From positions 928,001-992,000 of the forward strand of contig CAWHAZ010000005.1 in assembly GCA_963827475.1 (NCBI GenBank): 64,000 nucleotides of DNA. Direction: 5' to 3'. Source of the stretch: an uncultured Chloroflexia bacterium (GTDB lineage: Bacteria; Chloroflexota; Limnocylindria; QHBO01). Shown here piece by piece: positions 40,500 through 54,267 of this stretch. The translations under genes and the position numbers were made by a program. Below the pieces are notes generated by a model. That model did no database searches. It saw only the letters and a list, made by a program, of their open reading frames with translations, and had not been told where the DNA came from. Numbering within the stretch: the first letter of the stretch is position 1; every line of letters begins with the position of its first letter.

Positions 40500-40516
40500 C
40501 TTGCGGCCGACTCTCC

Positions 40517-41353
40517 TCAGCTGGTGGCGCCGAGTGTAGCACCCGCCTTTCGGAGGTCGTCCAGCCACGCCCGGGCCGCCGCGGCCACGCCTTCGCGCCA
40601 ATCCGGACCCGTCGCCGCTTCGGCGATGGCGCGCGAGACGTTGACCAGGCCGGGTGCCGCGGATCCATCGCAGCTCTCGACCGCAGCCTGCAGGTCGCCC
40701 CCCTGGGCGCCGACGCCCGGGACGAGGAATCCCGGTGCGGGCACCTCGGACCGCAGGCGGCGGAGCTCCGCGGGATCCGTGGCGCCCACCACCAGGCCGA
40801 CGCGGCCGTCGGTCCATCGCTCGGCGGCCCAGCGCGCGACGGCCGTCGACAGCGGGACGCCGTCGACGGCGAGGTCCTGGAGCCGGCCCGCGCTCGGGTT
40901 CGAGGTTCGCGCCAGCAGGTAGACGAGGCGGCCGGGATAGTCGAGGAACGGCTCGATCGCGTCCTCGCCGAGGTACGGCTGGAGGGTGACCGCGTCCGCT
41001 TCCAGGTGACCCATCAGGGCTTCCGCGTAGCGCTCGGCGGACGGACCGATGTCGCCGCGCTTCGCGTCGAGGATGACGATCGGCCCCGTCGGGATCGCAG
41101 CGCGCGTGCGCTCGAGGGCTGCCCAGCCCGCGGAGCCAAGTGCCTCGAAGTAGGACGTGTTGAGCTTGACCGCCACGACCAGCTCGGCGGCCGCCTCGAC
41201 CAGGCCGCGCGCGAAGGACTCGACGCCGGCGGCATCGCGTCCGAGGCCATCGGGCAAGGCGTCGGGGCGCGGATCGATTCCGAGGCACAACGGCGCGCCA
41301 ATCGCCGCGCGCCGCTCCCGAAGGCGCTCGAGCGGGGTGGGGCCCTCACTCAT
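40517..41353 (-). CDS. pyrF: Orotidine-5'-phosphate decarboxylase
   Basis: [33 protein letters not shown]. Confidence 0.95.
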   Translation of the reverse strand: MSEGPTPLERLRERRAAIGAPLCLGIDPRPDALPDGLGRDAAGVESFARGLVEAAAELVVAVKLNTSYFEALGSAGWAALERTRAAIPTGPIVILDAKRGDIGPSAERYAEALMGHLEADAVTLQPYLGEDAIEPFLDYPGRLVYLLARTSNPSAGRLQDLAVDGVPLSTAVARWAAERWTDGRVGLVVGATDPAELRRLRSEVPAPGFLVPGVGAQGGDLQAAVESCDGSAAPGLVNVSRAIAEAATGPDWREGVAAAARAWLDDLRKAGATLGATS

Positions 41354-43110
41354 CCGGCGACCGGGATCGGCTCGAGCGGTGGATGGGCCTTCCGGCGCCG
41401 AGCGGCGAGGGGTGAGGCGTCCGCGGTCGCGTAGTCGATCACCCTCAGCTGGAGCCGGGGCTCGCCGTCCAGCATCCGCGACTCGAGGGTCGCCACCAGG
41501 TCGAGCGCGGCGCCGGCCTCCGGCGTCTCCTGGTCCTCCGCGACCCCGAATGCGATGGCGTCGATCGTCTCGAGCCCCTTCCGCATCCGCATCGAGAGGT
41601 GATTCTCGGCGGCGCCGACCCGTCGTGCGTCGCCGACGGTCAGGCCAGTGACGGCGAGGACCGGCTCGCCATGGCCCGCCCCGTAGGGCGCCAGGCCCTC
41701 GAGCTCGGCCAGCAGGGACCAGCCAACGTAGCGCGCCGGCAGGACGAGATCGACGGGGAGCGCGCCCGGCGGCGTCGGGACGACCGCCTGGTCAGGCGGG
41801 TACGGCCGCGGGAGGGCGGCGAAGGCGGCGGCGAAGGCGTCCCATTGCTCGGGCGCGGCGCTGAACCCGCCGGCTGCCGCGTGCCCGCCCCGCTTGGCGA
41901 GGTGCTCTCCGACGGCATCGAGCCCGAGCGTGACGTCGAAATCGGCCGGGGCGCGGATCGAGCCGCGGACCTCCGGCTCGACCAGGCTTGCGGCCGCCAC
42001 CGGGCGGGCCAGCTCGTCGGACAGTCGACCGGCCACCAGGCCGAGCAGGCCCGCGGGCCAGGCGTCGTCGCGGAGGGCCAGCGGCCCGCTGCCCGGGCGG
42101 TCGGCGGCCATACGGCGCGCGCTTTCGATCGCGATGGTGGTCAGCTCCCGTCGCCGCAGGTGGACCTCCTCCAGCTCGGTGAGCAGGGCCTCGGCCCGTG
42201 CCGGGTCGGTGGCGACCAGCAGGTCGAGCGCCAGCTCGGCATCGGCAATGCGCCCTGCGGCGTTCAGCCGCGGAACGATGCCGTATCCGACGTCACGCGC
42301 CGTCGGCCGCGACGGTTCCTCCGCGCCCCGCTGGAGCAGGCCCCGCAGTCCGGGATGGGTCGTGGTCGCCAGCTCGGCGAGGCCCATCCGGATGATGGCC
42401 CGGCTCTCCCCGATGAGCGGCGCCACGTCGGCGATGGCCCCGATCGCGGCCAGGGCCGCCAGGTCCGCGGCTTCGACGCCCCGGCGGGCGAGAAGCGCGC
42501 TCGCGAGGCGGTACGCCAGCCCGGCCCCGGTGAGATCGCGGTTCGGGTACGTGCAGTCCGGGCGGTGCGGATCGACGACGGCGACCGCGGCCGGCAGGAC
42601 AGCCGGCGGCACGTGATGGTCGGTCACGACCACGTCCATGCCGAGCTCGTTCGCCACCGCCACCTCGGCCGCGTTGCCGACCCCGCAGTCGCAGGTCACG
42701 ACCAGCCGCACGCCCTGCCCGGCCAGCGTCCGGAGTCCCTCCACCGACAGGCCGTAGCCCTCCGCCAGGCGAGAGGGCACGTACCGGATCGGCTCGACCC
42801 CGAGTCGACGAAGGGCGAGCACCCAGATCGCGACCGCGGTCATGCCATCGGCGTCGTAATCGCCCCAGATGGCGATCGTCTCTCCGTGGTCGACGGCGGC
42901 CTCGATGCGCTCGAGCGCGGCATGGGCATCGGTCATCAGGTCCAGCGCGGGGAGATCGGCCGAGCCCGCGTGGAGGAAGGCCGCGGCCTCGGCATCGGTC
43001 TGGATCCCGCGTCGAACGAGCAGCGTCGCGACCGGGGCGCCGAACCCGGTCAGGGCCGGTGGACGGTCAAGCGGGGGCGGGAGCAACCAGTCGAACCGGG
43101 GCCGGATCAT
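41350..43110 (-). CDS. recJ: ssDNA exonuclease RecJ
   Basis: GDYDADG, TCDCG, TDHH, PRLNAAGR, GGHAAAGG. Confidence 0.93.
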   Translation of the reverse strand: MIRPRFDWLLPPPLDRPPALTGFGAPVATLLVRRGIQTDAEAAAFLHAGSADLPALDLMTDAHAALERIEAAVDHGETIAIWGDYDADGMTAVAIWVLALRRLGVEPIRYVPSRLAEGYGLSVEGLRTLAGQGVRLVVTCDCGVGNAAEVAVANELGMDVVVTDHHVPPAVLPAAVAVVDPHRPDCTYPNRDLTGAGLAYRLASALLARRGVEAADLAALAAIGAIADVAPLIGESRAIIRMGLAELATTTHPGLRGLLQRGAEEPSRPTARDVGYGIVPRLNAAGRIADAELALDLLVATDPARAEALLTELEEVHLRRRELTTIAIESARRMAADRPGSGPLALRDDAWPAGLLGLVAGRLSDELARPVAAASLVEPEVRGSIRAPADFDVTLGLDAVGEHLAKRGGHAAAGGFSAAPEQWDAFAAAFAALPRPYPPDQAVVPTPPGALPVDLVLPARYVGWSLLAELEGLAPYGAGHGEPVLAVTGLTVGDARRVGAAENHLSMRMRKGLETIDAIAFGVAEDQETPEAGAALDLVATLESRMLDGEPRLQLRVIDYATADASPLAARRRKAHPPLEPIPVAG

Positions 43111-43180
43111 GCCCGGCCATGGTAGAGGTGCCCGCTGCTGCCCGACTTACCCCGGCGGCACCGATCGAGAGATGGCGCCG

Positions 43181-44302
43181 TCAGCGGGTGGCGGACCGCC
43201 GCGCCTTGCGCTTCGCGGACCACTCGTCCCAGGTGACGAGGATCTGGCTCGCGTTGAAGATCGACGAGTACGTCCCGCTCACGATCCCGATCAGCAGGGC
43301 CAGGGTGAAGGTCTGGATCGTCACCGGGCCGAGGAGCAGCAGGGCAGCGGTGGTCGCGACCACGGTCAGGGAGGTGTTGATCGACCGGCCCATGGTCTGG
43401 AGGATCGAGTGGTTCACGATCGCGCCGAACGACTCCCCGGCGTGGCGAAGGCGGTTCTCCCGGATCCGGTCGAAGACCACGATCGAGTCGTGGACGGAGA
43501 AGCCGATGACGGTGAGCAGCGCGGTCACGAACAAGGCGTCGAACTCGACACCGAAGAAGTAGCCGAGGATGGCGAACGCGCCCACGACCACGATCACGTC
43601 GTGGAGGAGGGCGATGATCGCCGCCGTCCCGAAGCGGATGCTCCGGAACCGGTACCACAGGTACAGCAGGATGAACGCCTCGCCGACGGCGAGGATGATG
43701 ATCGAGCTCCGGATGAGCTCCGAACCGATGATCGCGCCGACCGTGTCCAGCGAGCGGGTCTCCGAGAAGCCGAACTCGGCCTCCAGCCCCTGGACCAGCT
43801 CCTCGATCGGGGTTCCCTCGATCGCTGGCGGAGGCGGCGTGGCCTCAGGGCTGGAAGTCGCCGACGGTGCCGGGGTCGGGCTCGGCGTCGGCGATGGGGT
43901 GGGGGTCGCGCTCGGTGCTTGGCTCGGCGACTCGGAAGCGCTGCCACTCGGGGCAGGCGTCTCCGCGGACGAGGCCGACGGGCTGGGGGTCGGCGACGGC
44001 GACGAGGTCGGCGCCGGGGTCGGGATGCCGCCGACGATCGGGAACTCGATCGGCTCCAGGCGCACCTCGAGGAATCCGCTGTCCACCTCGACCACGACGG
44101 CCTCCGGATGGTCGAGCGCGACCAGGGCGGCCTGGACCTCCGCCGCCGACGGATCGTCCGCGAAGCGGACCTGCCAGACCGTGCCGCCGGTGTAGTCGAT
44201 CGACGGCTTCAGCCCGCCGAGGGCGATGAAGATGAGCCCCGGGACGGTGATCAGGGCGCTGAAGAGGTAGTACCAGCGGCGCTTGCCGACGATGTCGTAC
44301 AT
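43181..44302 (-). CDS. secF: Protein translocase subunit SecF
   Basis: IDYTGG, HDV, GFSVHDSIVVFDRIRE, GTYSS. Confidence 0.95.
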   Translation of the reverse strand: MYDIVGKRRWYYLFSALITVPGLIFIALGGLKPSIDYTGGTVWQVRFADDPSAAEVQAALVALDHPEAVVVEVDSGFLEVRLEPIEFPIVGGIPTPAPTSSPSPTPSPSASSAETPAPSGSASESPSQAPSATPTPSPTPSPTPAPSATSSPEATPPPPAIEGTPIEELVQGLEAEFGFSETRSLDTVGAIIGSELIRSSIIILAVGEAFILLYLWYRFRSIRFGTAAIIALLHDVIVVVGAFAILGYFFGVEFDALFVTALLTVIGFSVHDSIVVFDRIRENRLRHAGESFGAIVNHSILQTMGRSINTSLTVVATTAALLLLGPVTIQTFTLALLIGIVSGTYSSIFNASQILVTWDEWSAKRKARRSATR

Positions 44303-44305
44303 CGG

Positions 44306-45631
44306 TCAGCGCTCCACGTGGTAGAGCTCGATCCGGCGTCCCCACTCGCGGTGGATGGCCATCCGGAGCAGGGTCCGGGTCACGACCACGGCGCTGAACA
44401 TCGAGACCAGGACACCGATGCCGAGCACGAGGGCGAAGCCCTTGATCACGCTGCTGCCCTGCCAGAACAGCCAGCCGGCGATGAGCAGCGAGCTGACGTT
44501 CGAGTCGAGGATGCTCGACCAGGCGCGGTTGAAGCCGGCCTCGATGGCCGGTCCGAGCGTCTTGCCGGCGCGGATCTCCTCCTTCATCCGCTCGAAGATG
44601 AGGATGTTGGCGTCCACCGCCATGCCGATGCTCAGGATGAAGGCCGCGACCCCGGCCAGCGTCAGGGTGACCGGCACGATCCGGAAGATGGCGTACACCA
44701 CCAGCGTGTAGAAGAGCAGCGCGAGGGACGCCAGCACGCCGGGCAGGCGGTAGTTCGCGATCATGAAGAACAGGACGAGGGCCAGCCCCACCACCCCGGC
44801 GATGAGGGCCTGGGTCAGGAAGTCGCGTCCCAGGGTGGGCTGGATGGCGGTGACCTCCTGGACCTGGAGAGAGACCGGCAGGGCTCCGAACCGGAGCTGG
44901 TTGTAGAGCGTCGTCTGCGACACCGACGTCTCGGTCCCCGGCGGCCCCACGGTGATGATCGTGCGGCCGCCGCAGATCGGCTGCTGGATGAGCGGGCTGG
45001 TGATGATCTCGCCGTCGAGGGCGATTGGGCCGTACGCGTTCTGGTGGGCGGTGGTGTAGTCGCACCAGATCGCCTCGGCCTCCGGTGAGATCGTGAAGCT
45101 GACGCCGAGCTGCCCAGCCTGGCTCGTGTCCGGGACGACCGAGCCCTCCTGGATCTCTCCCCCGTCGAACAGGATCCGGAGCGTGCCATTCGCGACCTGG
45201 TCGATGATGTTCTGCCCGCGCTCGAGCTCCGCGCCGGCCGAGTCGATGAAGAACAGCTGTCCCGTCGAGCCGACGAGATCGAGGACCTGGTTCCGATCGC
45301 TGACGCCGGGGACCTCGACCACGATCCGGGCCTGGCCGTTGGCGCCGACCTCGGTCCGCACCTGCGGCTCGGTGACCCCGATGCCCGACACGCGGCGCTC
45401 GATGATCGTGCGCGCCAGCTCCACGCGCTCGGGCGTCGGCTCCTCGCCGCTGACCGCCTGGACCTCGAGGGTGACGCCGATCCCGCCCTGCAGGTCGAGG
45501 CCGAGCACCGTGCGGATGCTGTCGGGAAGCGGGAGGAAGGTGGCCCCGGTGGTCTTGCGCGGAATGACGATGTAGAGGGCCAACAGGGTGATCGCGAGGA
45601 TCACCCATGGGGCGATGCGGCGCCAGGTCAT
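44306..45631 (-). CDS. secD: Protein translocase subunit SecD
   Basis: LGLDLQGG, GALPV, GMAVDANILIFER, IKGFA. Confidence 0.95.
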   Translation of the reverse strand: MTWRRIAPWVILAITLLALYIVIPRKTTGATFLPLPDSIRTVLGLDLQGGIGVTLEVQAVSGEEPTPERVELARTIIERRVSGIGVTEPQVRTEVGANGQARIVVEVPGVSDRNQVLDLVGSTGQLFFIDSAGAELERGQNIIDQVANGTLRILFDGGEIQEGSVVPDTSQAGQLGVSFTISPEAEAIWCDYTTAHQNAYGPIALDGEIITSPLIQQPICGGRTIITVGPPGTETSVSQTTLYNQLRFGALPVSLQVQEVTAIQPTLGRDFLTQALIAGVVGLALVLFFMIANYRLPGVLASLALLFYTLVVYAIFRIVPVTLTLAGVAAFILSIGMAVDANILIFERMKEEIRAGKTLGPAIEAGFNRAWSSILDSNVSSLLIAGWLFWQGSSVIKGFALVLGIGVLVSMFSAVVVTRTLLRMAIHREWGRRIELYHVER

Positions 45632-45729
45632 GCTCGGTGGAGTGTCCCTCCGGCCCTCGGACAATAAACACGCCGCCAATCGGCGGCCGTCGCGAAGTAT
45701 AGGGGCGCCCCGGGGGAGCGCAAGAACGC

Positions 45730-47649
45730 CTAGGCCAGCCGGCCTTCCCGCGCCAGGGCGCTCTTCACCCGCTCGGCGAGCTGGACGCTCATCAGCGGAG
45801 CCCCGGCGATCTCCTCAACCGAGGCGTCGCGCAGGGCGCGGACGCTGCCGAACCGCCGGAGGAGGGCCGCCCGCCGGGCGGGACCGATGCCGGGCACGTC
45901 GTCGAACAGGCTTCCCAGGGCGCTCCGGCCCCGAACCTGGCGGTGGTAGGTGATGGCGAACCGATGCGCCTCGTCACGGATGCGCTGGACCAGGTAGAGC
46001 TCCGGCGCCTTGGCCGGCAGGATGATCGGCTCCGAGCGGCCCGGCACGAACAGCTCCTCGAACCGCTTGGCCAGTCCCGCGGCCGGCAAGTGGGTGAGGC
46101 CGAGGTCCTTCAGCACCCCGGTGGCGGCCGACAGCTGGCCCTTGCCGCCGTCGACGATCACGAGATCGGGCAGGGCCCATTCCTCGCCGTCGACCGCGTC
46201 TTCGTCCACCCCGACCGAGGACGGTTCGAGCGCGCCGGTTTCTCGCCGGAGGCGGGCAGCCCGGGCGAATCGGCGGCGAAGCACCTCGGCCATCATCCGG
46301 AAGTCGTCCGGCGTGTCGCCGCTGCGAATCCGGAACCGGCGGTACTGGCGGCTGTCCGGCGCGCCGTCGGTGAAGACGACCATGCTCCCGACCGCGCTCG
46401 TGCCCTGGATGTTGCTCATGTCGTAGCACTCGATCCGGTGCGGCGGCTCCTCGAGACCCAGTGCCCGGGCCAGCCCGACGAGTGCCTGGGCGCGCGCCCC
46501 GCGGTCCGCCAGCCATTCCGCGCGGTCCTTGGCCAGGGCCTCGGCCGCGTTTTCCGACGCGAGCGCGACGAGGCGCCGCTTCGCGCCCCGGCTCGGGACG
46601 TGGAGCCGGACGCCGCTCCCCCGCCGCGTGCTCAGCACCGCGGCCAGCGTCTCCACATCGGCGGGGGCGAACGGGAGGAGGATCGAGCGCGGCGGACGCT
46701 CGGTGGCCGGGTAGTACTGCTGCAGGAACGACGCGAGGACGTCCTCGTCGGCCTGGTCACCCGCCCCTTCCGCGATGAAGTGCTCGCGCCCGATCATCTT
46801 GCCGTTGCGGATGACGAAGACCTGCATGCAGGCCTCGGTTCCGTCACGGGCGAGACCGATGACGTCGTGCTCCTCCCGGCTGAAGGCGGCCACCTTCTGC
46901 TGCTCGATCGTCCACTCCACGGCCTTGAGCTTGTCGCGAGCGACGGCCGCCGCCTCGTAGCGGAGCGAGTCGGAGTGGGCCTCCATCTCGCCGCGCAGCT
47001 GGTCGGCGATGCCCTCCTGGCGACCCTCGAGGAAGTCGACCACCTGGTCGATGGTGGCCCGATAGGCATCGGTCTCGATCGCGCCGATGCACGGGCCCTG
47101 GCAGCGCTTGATGTGATAGAGGAGACACGGCCGCTCCAGGACCTTCTGGCCGGCGGGGATGTCGAGGTCGCAGGTCCGGAACGGGAAGATCTTGCTCAGC
47201 AGGCGGAGCGTCTCGTCCACCGATGACGCCGAGGCATACGGGCCGAAGTAGCGGCTTCCATCCCGGACCAGCTTGCGGGTCCTGACGATCCGCGGGTAGT
47301 CCTCGGCCATCGTGATCCGGACGAAGGGATAGCTCTTGTCGTCCTTGAGGCGGATGTTGAACCGGGGCCGATGCTCCTTGATGAGGTTGCCCTCGAGGAT
47401 GTAGGCCTCGCCGATGGTGTCGGTGACGATGTACTCGATGTCCGCCGTGTCGGCCACCAGCTTCGCGTGCCGGGCCTCGAGCTGGCCGCCCGCCCCAAAG
47501 TGGCTGCGAACCCGGCTGCGGAGGGAGTTCGCCTTGCCCACGTACAGCGCGCGCCGGTCGGCGGCGCGGAACAGGTACACGCCGGGAGCGGTGGGGAGAT
47601 GCCGGAGGATGGCTCGAATGTGAGCGGACGGCGTCGGTGTGGCGGCCAC
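45730..47649 (-). CDS. uvrC: Excinuclease ABC subunit C
   Basis: PGVYLF..YVGKA, LKDDKSYP, IECYDMS, DGGKGQL, RDEAHRFA, HhH. Confidence 0.97.
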   Translation of the reverse strand: MAATPTPSAHIRAILRHLPTAPGVYLFRAADRRALYVGKANSLRSRVRSHFGAGGQLEARHAKLVADTADIEYIVTDTIGEAYILEGNLIKEHRPRFNIRLKDDKSYPFVRITMAEDYPRIVRTRKLVRDGSRYFGPYASASSVDETLRLLSKIFPFRTCDLDIPAGQKVLERPCLLYHIKRCQGPCIGAIETDAYRATIDQVVDFLEGRQEGIADQLRGEMEAHSDSLRYEAAAVARDKLKAVEWTIEQQKVAAFSREEHDVIGLARDGTEACMQVFVIRNGKMIGREHFIAEGAGDQADEDVLASFLQQYYPATERPPRSILLPFAPADVETLAAVLSTRRGSGVRLHVPSRGAKRRLVALASENAAEALAKDRAEWLADRGARAQALVGLARALGLEEPPHRIECYDMSNIQGTSAVGSMVVFTDGAPDSRQYRRFRIRSGDTPDDFRMMAEVLRRRFARAARLRRETGALEPSSVGVDEDAVDGEEWALPDLVIVDGGKGQLSAATGVLKDLGLTHLPAAGLAKRFEELFVPGRSEPIILPAKAPELYLVQRIRDEAHRFAITYHRQVRGRSALGSLFDDVPGIGPARRAALLRRFGSVRALRDASVEEIAGAPLMSVQLAERVKSALAREGRLA

Positions 47650-47680
47650 CGGCTAATGGTAGGGCGACCGATGGCGGCGG

Positions 47681-48915
47681 TCAGGGACTCCCGCTGGGCG
47701 CGCCCGGGCTGGGCACGGGCGTCGGGATCGGTTCGGCCAGCCTGGTGGCGAGGTACGCGTGGAGGGGCGAGTAGTCGGCCCCGGTGGCGCGACCGATGAC
47801 GACCAGGACGTACCGGCCGTCGGTCGTGGTGGTGGCCTGGAGGATCACGCCCTCGGTGAGCTCGATGCGGCGGTCCGGGGACAGGTGCCCGCTCAGGAGC
47901 GCGAGGTCGATGGCCGAGAGGTCGGTGGCGAGATGGGTGGACAGGACGTCCATGAGCGCCAGGCCCGGACCGATCGATCCCGGAAAGCCGTTTCCGAGCT
48001 TTGCGCGGAGCCCAGCCAGGACCCGTTGCTGGCGGATCGATCGCGCGAAATCGCCTGCCTCGGCGGGCTCGGACGTATAGCGGGCCCGGGCGTAGGCCAG
48101 CGCTGATGCGCCATCGAGCTGCAACGGTCCCGGCGGCGAAGGCTCCGCCGTCGAAGAATCGCTGCCTGAAGTTGACCTCGTTCAGGGTGAAGGCGAAGGC
48201 ACGAGGATTGTCGACCGTGATGCCGCCCACCGCGTCGACGACGCCGGCGAGGCCGTCGAAGTCGAGGGCAATCCAGTGGTCGATCGTGAGCCCGGTGACG
48301 TGCTCGAGGACATCGGTCTGGGCCTCGCCCGGCCTCGTGCACCCCGCCGACGTCCCAGCCCGCGGCGAATCCCTCGTTGACCTTGGCGTTCTCCGGGAAC
48401 AGGGCATGGCCCTCGACCCACAGGTCGCGCGGGACGGCGATCATCGTCGTCGCGTTGGTCGACGGGTCGATCGAGAGGATGTTCAGGGAGTCGGCGAGGT
48501 ACTGCCCGCCGTGCCCCTCGCGGCCCGCGTACCCGAGGAAGGCGATGTTGACCGGCGGTCCGCCGGCGAGGGGTCCGAGCAGCGCGGTGGACAGGCTCGG
48601 AGCCGTGCTGACCGCGCGGTTGAAGGCATCGGCACGCTGCCACAGGAGCACCGCCCCGATGAGCAGGCCGCCGACGACGAGCAGGAGACCCGCGCCCAGC
48701 ACGCGCCGAATCGGGACGCTACCGCCGACCGGCTCCTCGTAGCCGGCATCCGCCAGGACCGAGGCCTCGTGGGCGGCGACGAGCTGCATGCGCGACGTGC
48801 CGGTGTTGATGCCCTTCTTCCGGAGCCGCTCCTCCCGGGCGATGGCGGCCTGGAGCCGCTTCGTGCGCGCCGAGGGGCGCGCCTGGGCACGGGACAGTGA
48901 GAAGAATCGAGCCAT
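47681..48915 (-). CDS. LCP (LytR-CpsA-Psr) family protein, two frameshifts
   Basis: TM anchor, ADS..IAVPRDLWV, KVN; LDFDGL..VDAVGGI; LDGASALAYARAR, DFARSIRQQ. Confidence 0.85.
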
Positions 48916-49041
48916 TGGGCGCCGGTGAGCCGGCAGGTGCACCCTCCCTGACAAATAGCCGGCGGAAGGATAGCGGCATCCTGCCCGCGCCTGCCGGAAT
49001 CCGGCCGTCAGCCGTCGGTAAGGGGCTGGAGCCACGCTCAG

Positions 49042-50742
49042 GTGCGATGCCAGTCCCGTATTGCCGACATCCTCGCCAGCCTGGACGACCGGCAGCGGCG
49101 GGCCGCGACGCTCGGGGACGGGCCAGCCCAGCTCATCGCGCCGGCCGGCAGCGGCAAGACCGCGACCCTGGTCGCCCGCATCGGTGTGCTGGTCACGTCC
49201 GGCGTGCCCGCGGCGCGCATCCTGGTCGTGACCTTCAACCGCGATGCGGCGGCCGAGCTGACGGACCGGATCACGACCCGCCTGGGGATCCGTCCCGGGA
49301 GCGACGGACCGGAGGTGCGGACGCTCCACGCGCTGGCCCGCCAGATCGTGCTCGACGGGCCGCGCCCGCCGCGACTCGTCGCCGACCGGCTGCCGCTCCT
49401 TCGCCAGGCGCGCCGCAGAGTGCTGGCACGGAACGCGGGCGAGGAAGAGCTGCCGGCGGCGGAGGAGCTCGACGCCATCGTGTCCGCCGCGATCCTCGAG
49501 GGAAAGCGACCCGACGGACCCCTGGCCGAAGTGGTGGCAACGTACCGCGACCTCCTCAGCGTTCGCGGCCTGACGGACTTCGACGGGATGCTGGCCGGCG
49601 CACTCGCCTCCCTCCGAGACGACCCCGAGCGCCGGCGGCAGTGGCAAGGGCGCTTCAGCCACGTCCTCGTCGACGAGTACCAGGACGTGGACGGCACCCA
49701 GGTCGAGCTCGTCGCCCTGCTCGCCGAGCCGGAGCGCAACCTGTTCGTGGTCGGCGACGACGACCAGACGATCTATGCCTGGCGGCTCGCCGACGTCCGG
49801 CGCATCCTCCAGTTCCCGGATCGGTACCCCGACGCGGTCCGGATCGTGCTGGAAACCAACTACCGATGTCCGCCGGGCGTCGTGGCGGCCGCCGATCGGC
49901 TGATCGCGACGAACCGGGAACGGGTCCCGAAGCGCCTGCGCCCGGCGGCGCGGGCGGGACCGAACGCGGATGGCGGGCCGGCTCCGATCGCGACCTGGGC
50001 GCTGCGTGGCCCGGACGCGGCCGATCGGCTCGCGACGGCCCTGCCCGGCTGGGCCGCGGCGCATGGGCGGGTGGCGGTCCTGGCCCGCACCCGAGCCGAG
50101 CTCGGGCCGCTCCTGCTGGCCCTGCTCCGCGCCGGAATCCGCCATGCGACGCCGGTGAAGGCTCCGCTGCAGGCCGAGGAGGTAGCCACGCTGCTGGGCG
50201 ATCTGCAGGGGATCGATCCGGCCCAGCTGCCACTGCCGGTCCTGCTCCGGGCGCGATCGGACCACGGCTGGCGGCGAGGCGATCCATCGGATGCCCTGGG
50301 CGAGGAGGCGCACGCGGCGCTCGACGCGGCCATCGGGTGGGCGGTCGGCCATCGCCGGGTGGATGGCTATCTGGCCGCGTTCGCCGAGGCGAAGCATCGG
50401 CTGGAGTCGCTCCGCGACCCCGATGCTCCGATCGAGATCACCACGGTGCACGGCGCCAAGGGCCGGGAATGGCCGCTGGTGGTGGTGCTCGGGATGGAGG
50501 TCGACCGATTCCCGAACAAGCGGGCCCTGGACGACGCCCTCGACCCGCGCCGCGCGCTCGAGGAGGAACGACGGCTCGCCTACGTGGCGGTTACCCGCGC
50601 CCGAGAACGCCTCGTGCTCGCATTCGACCCGGAGCGCCCGTCACCGTTCGTGGCGGAGCTGATGGGTCGCCTGGCTCCGGATCGCGATGCGGACCGGGCT
50701 CCGGCCTACAGGCCGACCTCGGCCGCGACCGTGTCGAGGTAG
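49042..50742 (+). CDS. UvrD/PcrA-family SF1 helicase (compact)
   Basis: APAGSGKT, VTFN, DEYQD, VGDDDQTIY, LETNYR, TVHGAKGREW, EERRLAYVAVTRAR. Confidence 0.92.
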   Translation: MRCQSRIADILASLDDRQRRAATLGDGPAQLIAPAGSGKTATLVARIGVLVTSGVPAARILVVTFNRDAAAELTDRITTRLGIRPGSDGPEVRTLHALARQIVLDGPRPPRLVADRLPLLRQARRRVLARNAGEEELPAAEELDAIVSAAILEGKRPDGPLAEVVATYRDLLSVRGLTDFDGMLAGALASLRDDPERRRQWQGRFSHVLVDEYQDVDGTQVELVALLAEPERNLFVVGDDDQTIYAWRLADVRRILQFPDRYPDAVRIVLETNYRCPPGVVAAADRLIATNRERVPKRLRPAARAGPNADGGPAPIATWALRGPDAADRLATALPGWAAAHGRVAVLARTRAELGPLLLALLRAGIRHATPVKAPLQAEEVATLLGDLQGIDPAQLPLPVLLRARSDHGWRRGDPSDALGEEAHAALDAAIGWAVGHRRVDGYLAAFAEAKHRLESLRDPDAPIEITTVHGAKGREWPLVVVLGMEVDRFPNKRALDDALDPRRALEEERRLAYVAVTRARERLVLAFDPERPSPFVAELMGRLAPDRDADRAPAYRPTSAATVSR

Positions 50743-51269
50743 CGGACCATGTTCGCGACGTGCTCGTCGAACTCCAGGCCGATCTCGTCCGCGCCGGCGA
50801 GCAGCATCTCGCGCGGCACGGCCCGGGCAAAGGCCTTGTCCTTCATCCGCTTCCGGACGTTGGCCGGCTCCACGTCGGCGAGCTTGCGGCTGGGCCGCAT
50901 GAGCGCGACGGCGACGAGGAAGCCCGCGAGCTCGTCGCAGGCGTAGACGAGATGGTCCAGCCGGCTGGTGCGGGGAATGCCGAGGGCGTCGTTGTGGGTC
51001 CGGACCGCTTGGATCACGTCCTCCGGGTATCCGCGCCGGACGAGCTCGTCGGCGCCGATCGCCCCGTGGGTCGCTGCATCGGGGAATCGCTCGTAATCCA
51101 GGTCGTGGAGCAGCCCGGCGATTCCCCACTGCTCCACCGTCTCCGGGTCGAGTCCGTCATCGGTCGCGTAGCCGCGCACGCCAGCTTCGACCAGGATCCC
51201 GTGCTTGCGCAGCGACGCGCTCTCGTTCCACTCGTGAAGGAGCGTCAGCGCGTCGTCGCGGGTCGGCAT
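50706..51269 (-). CDS. HD-superfamily hydrolase (COG2316-like)
   Basis: LRKH, GLLHDLDYE, ACDELAG, KDKAFAR. Confidence 0.88.
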   Translation of the reverse strand: MPTRDDALTLLHEWNESASLRKHGILVEAGVRGYATDDGLDPETVEQWGIAGLLHDLDYERFPDAATHGAIGADELVRRGYPEDVIQAVRTHNDALGIPRTSRLDHLVYACDELAGFLVAVALMRPSRKLADVEPANVRKRMKDKAFARAVPREMLLAGADEIGLEFDEHVANMVRYLDTVAAEVGL

Positions 51270-51290
51270 CGAAACGATCTTATCGGTGGG

Positions 51291-54230
<2,940 letters not shown>

Positions 54231-54255
54231 CGACCCGATGATAGCAAACCGATAT

Positions 54256-54267
54256 GAACGCCTGTTC
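54256..54267. promoter_or_regulatory. LexA (SOS) box GAAC-N4-GTTC upstream of uvrA
   Basis: GAACgcctGTTC 26-37 bp upstream of the uvrA ATG; -10 TATCAT at 54243-54238. Confidence 0.75.

Noticed and set aside
47893-50451. 852-aa ORF containing LCP motifs
   Set aside because: The N-terminal part is antisense to the helicase; the real gene starts near 48915.
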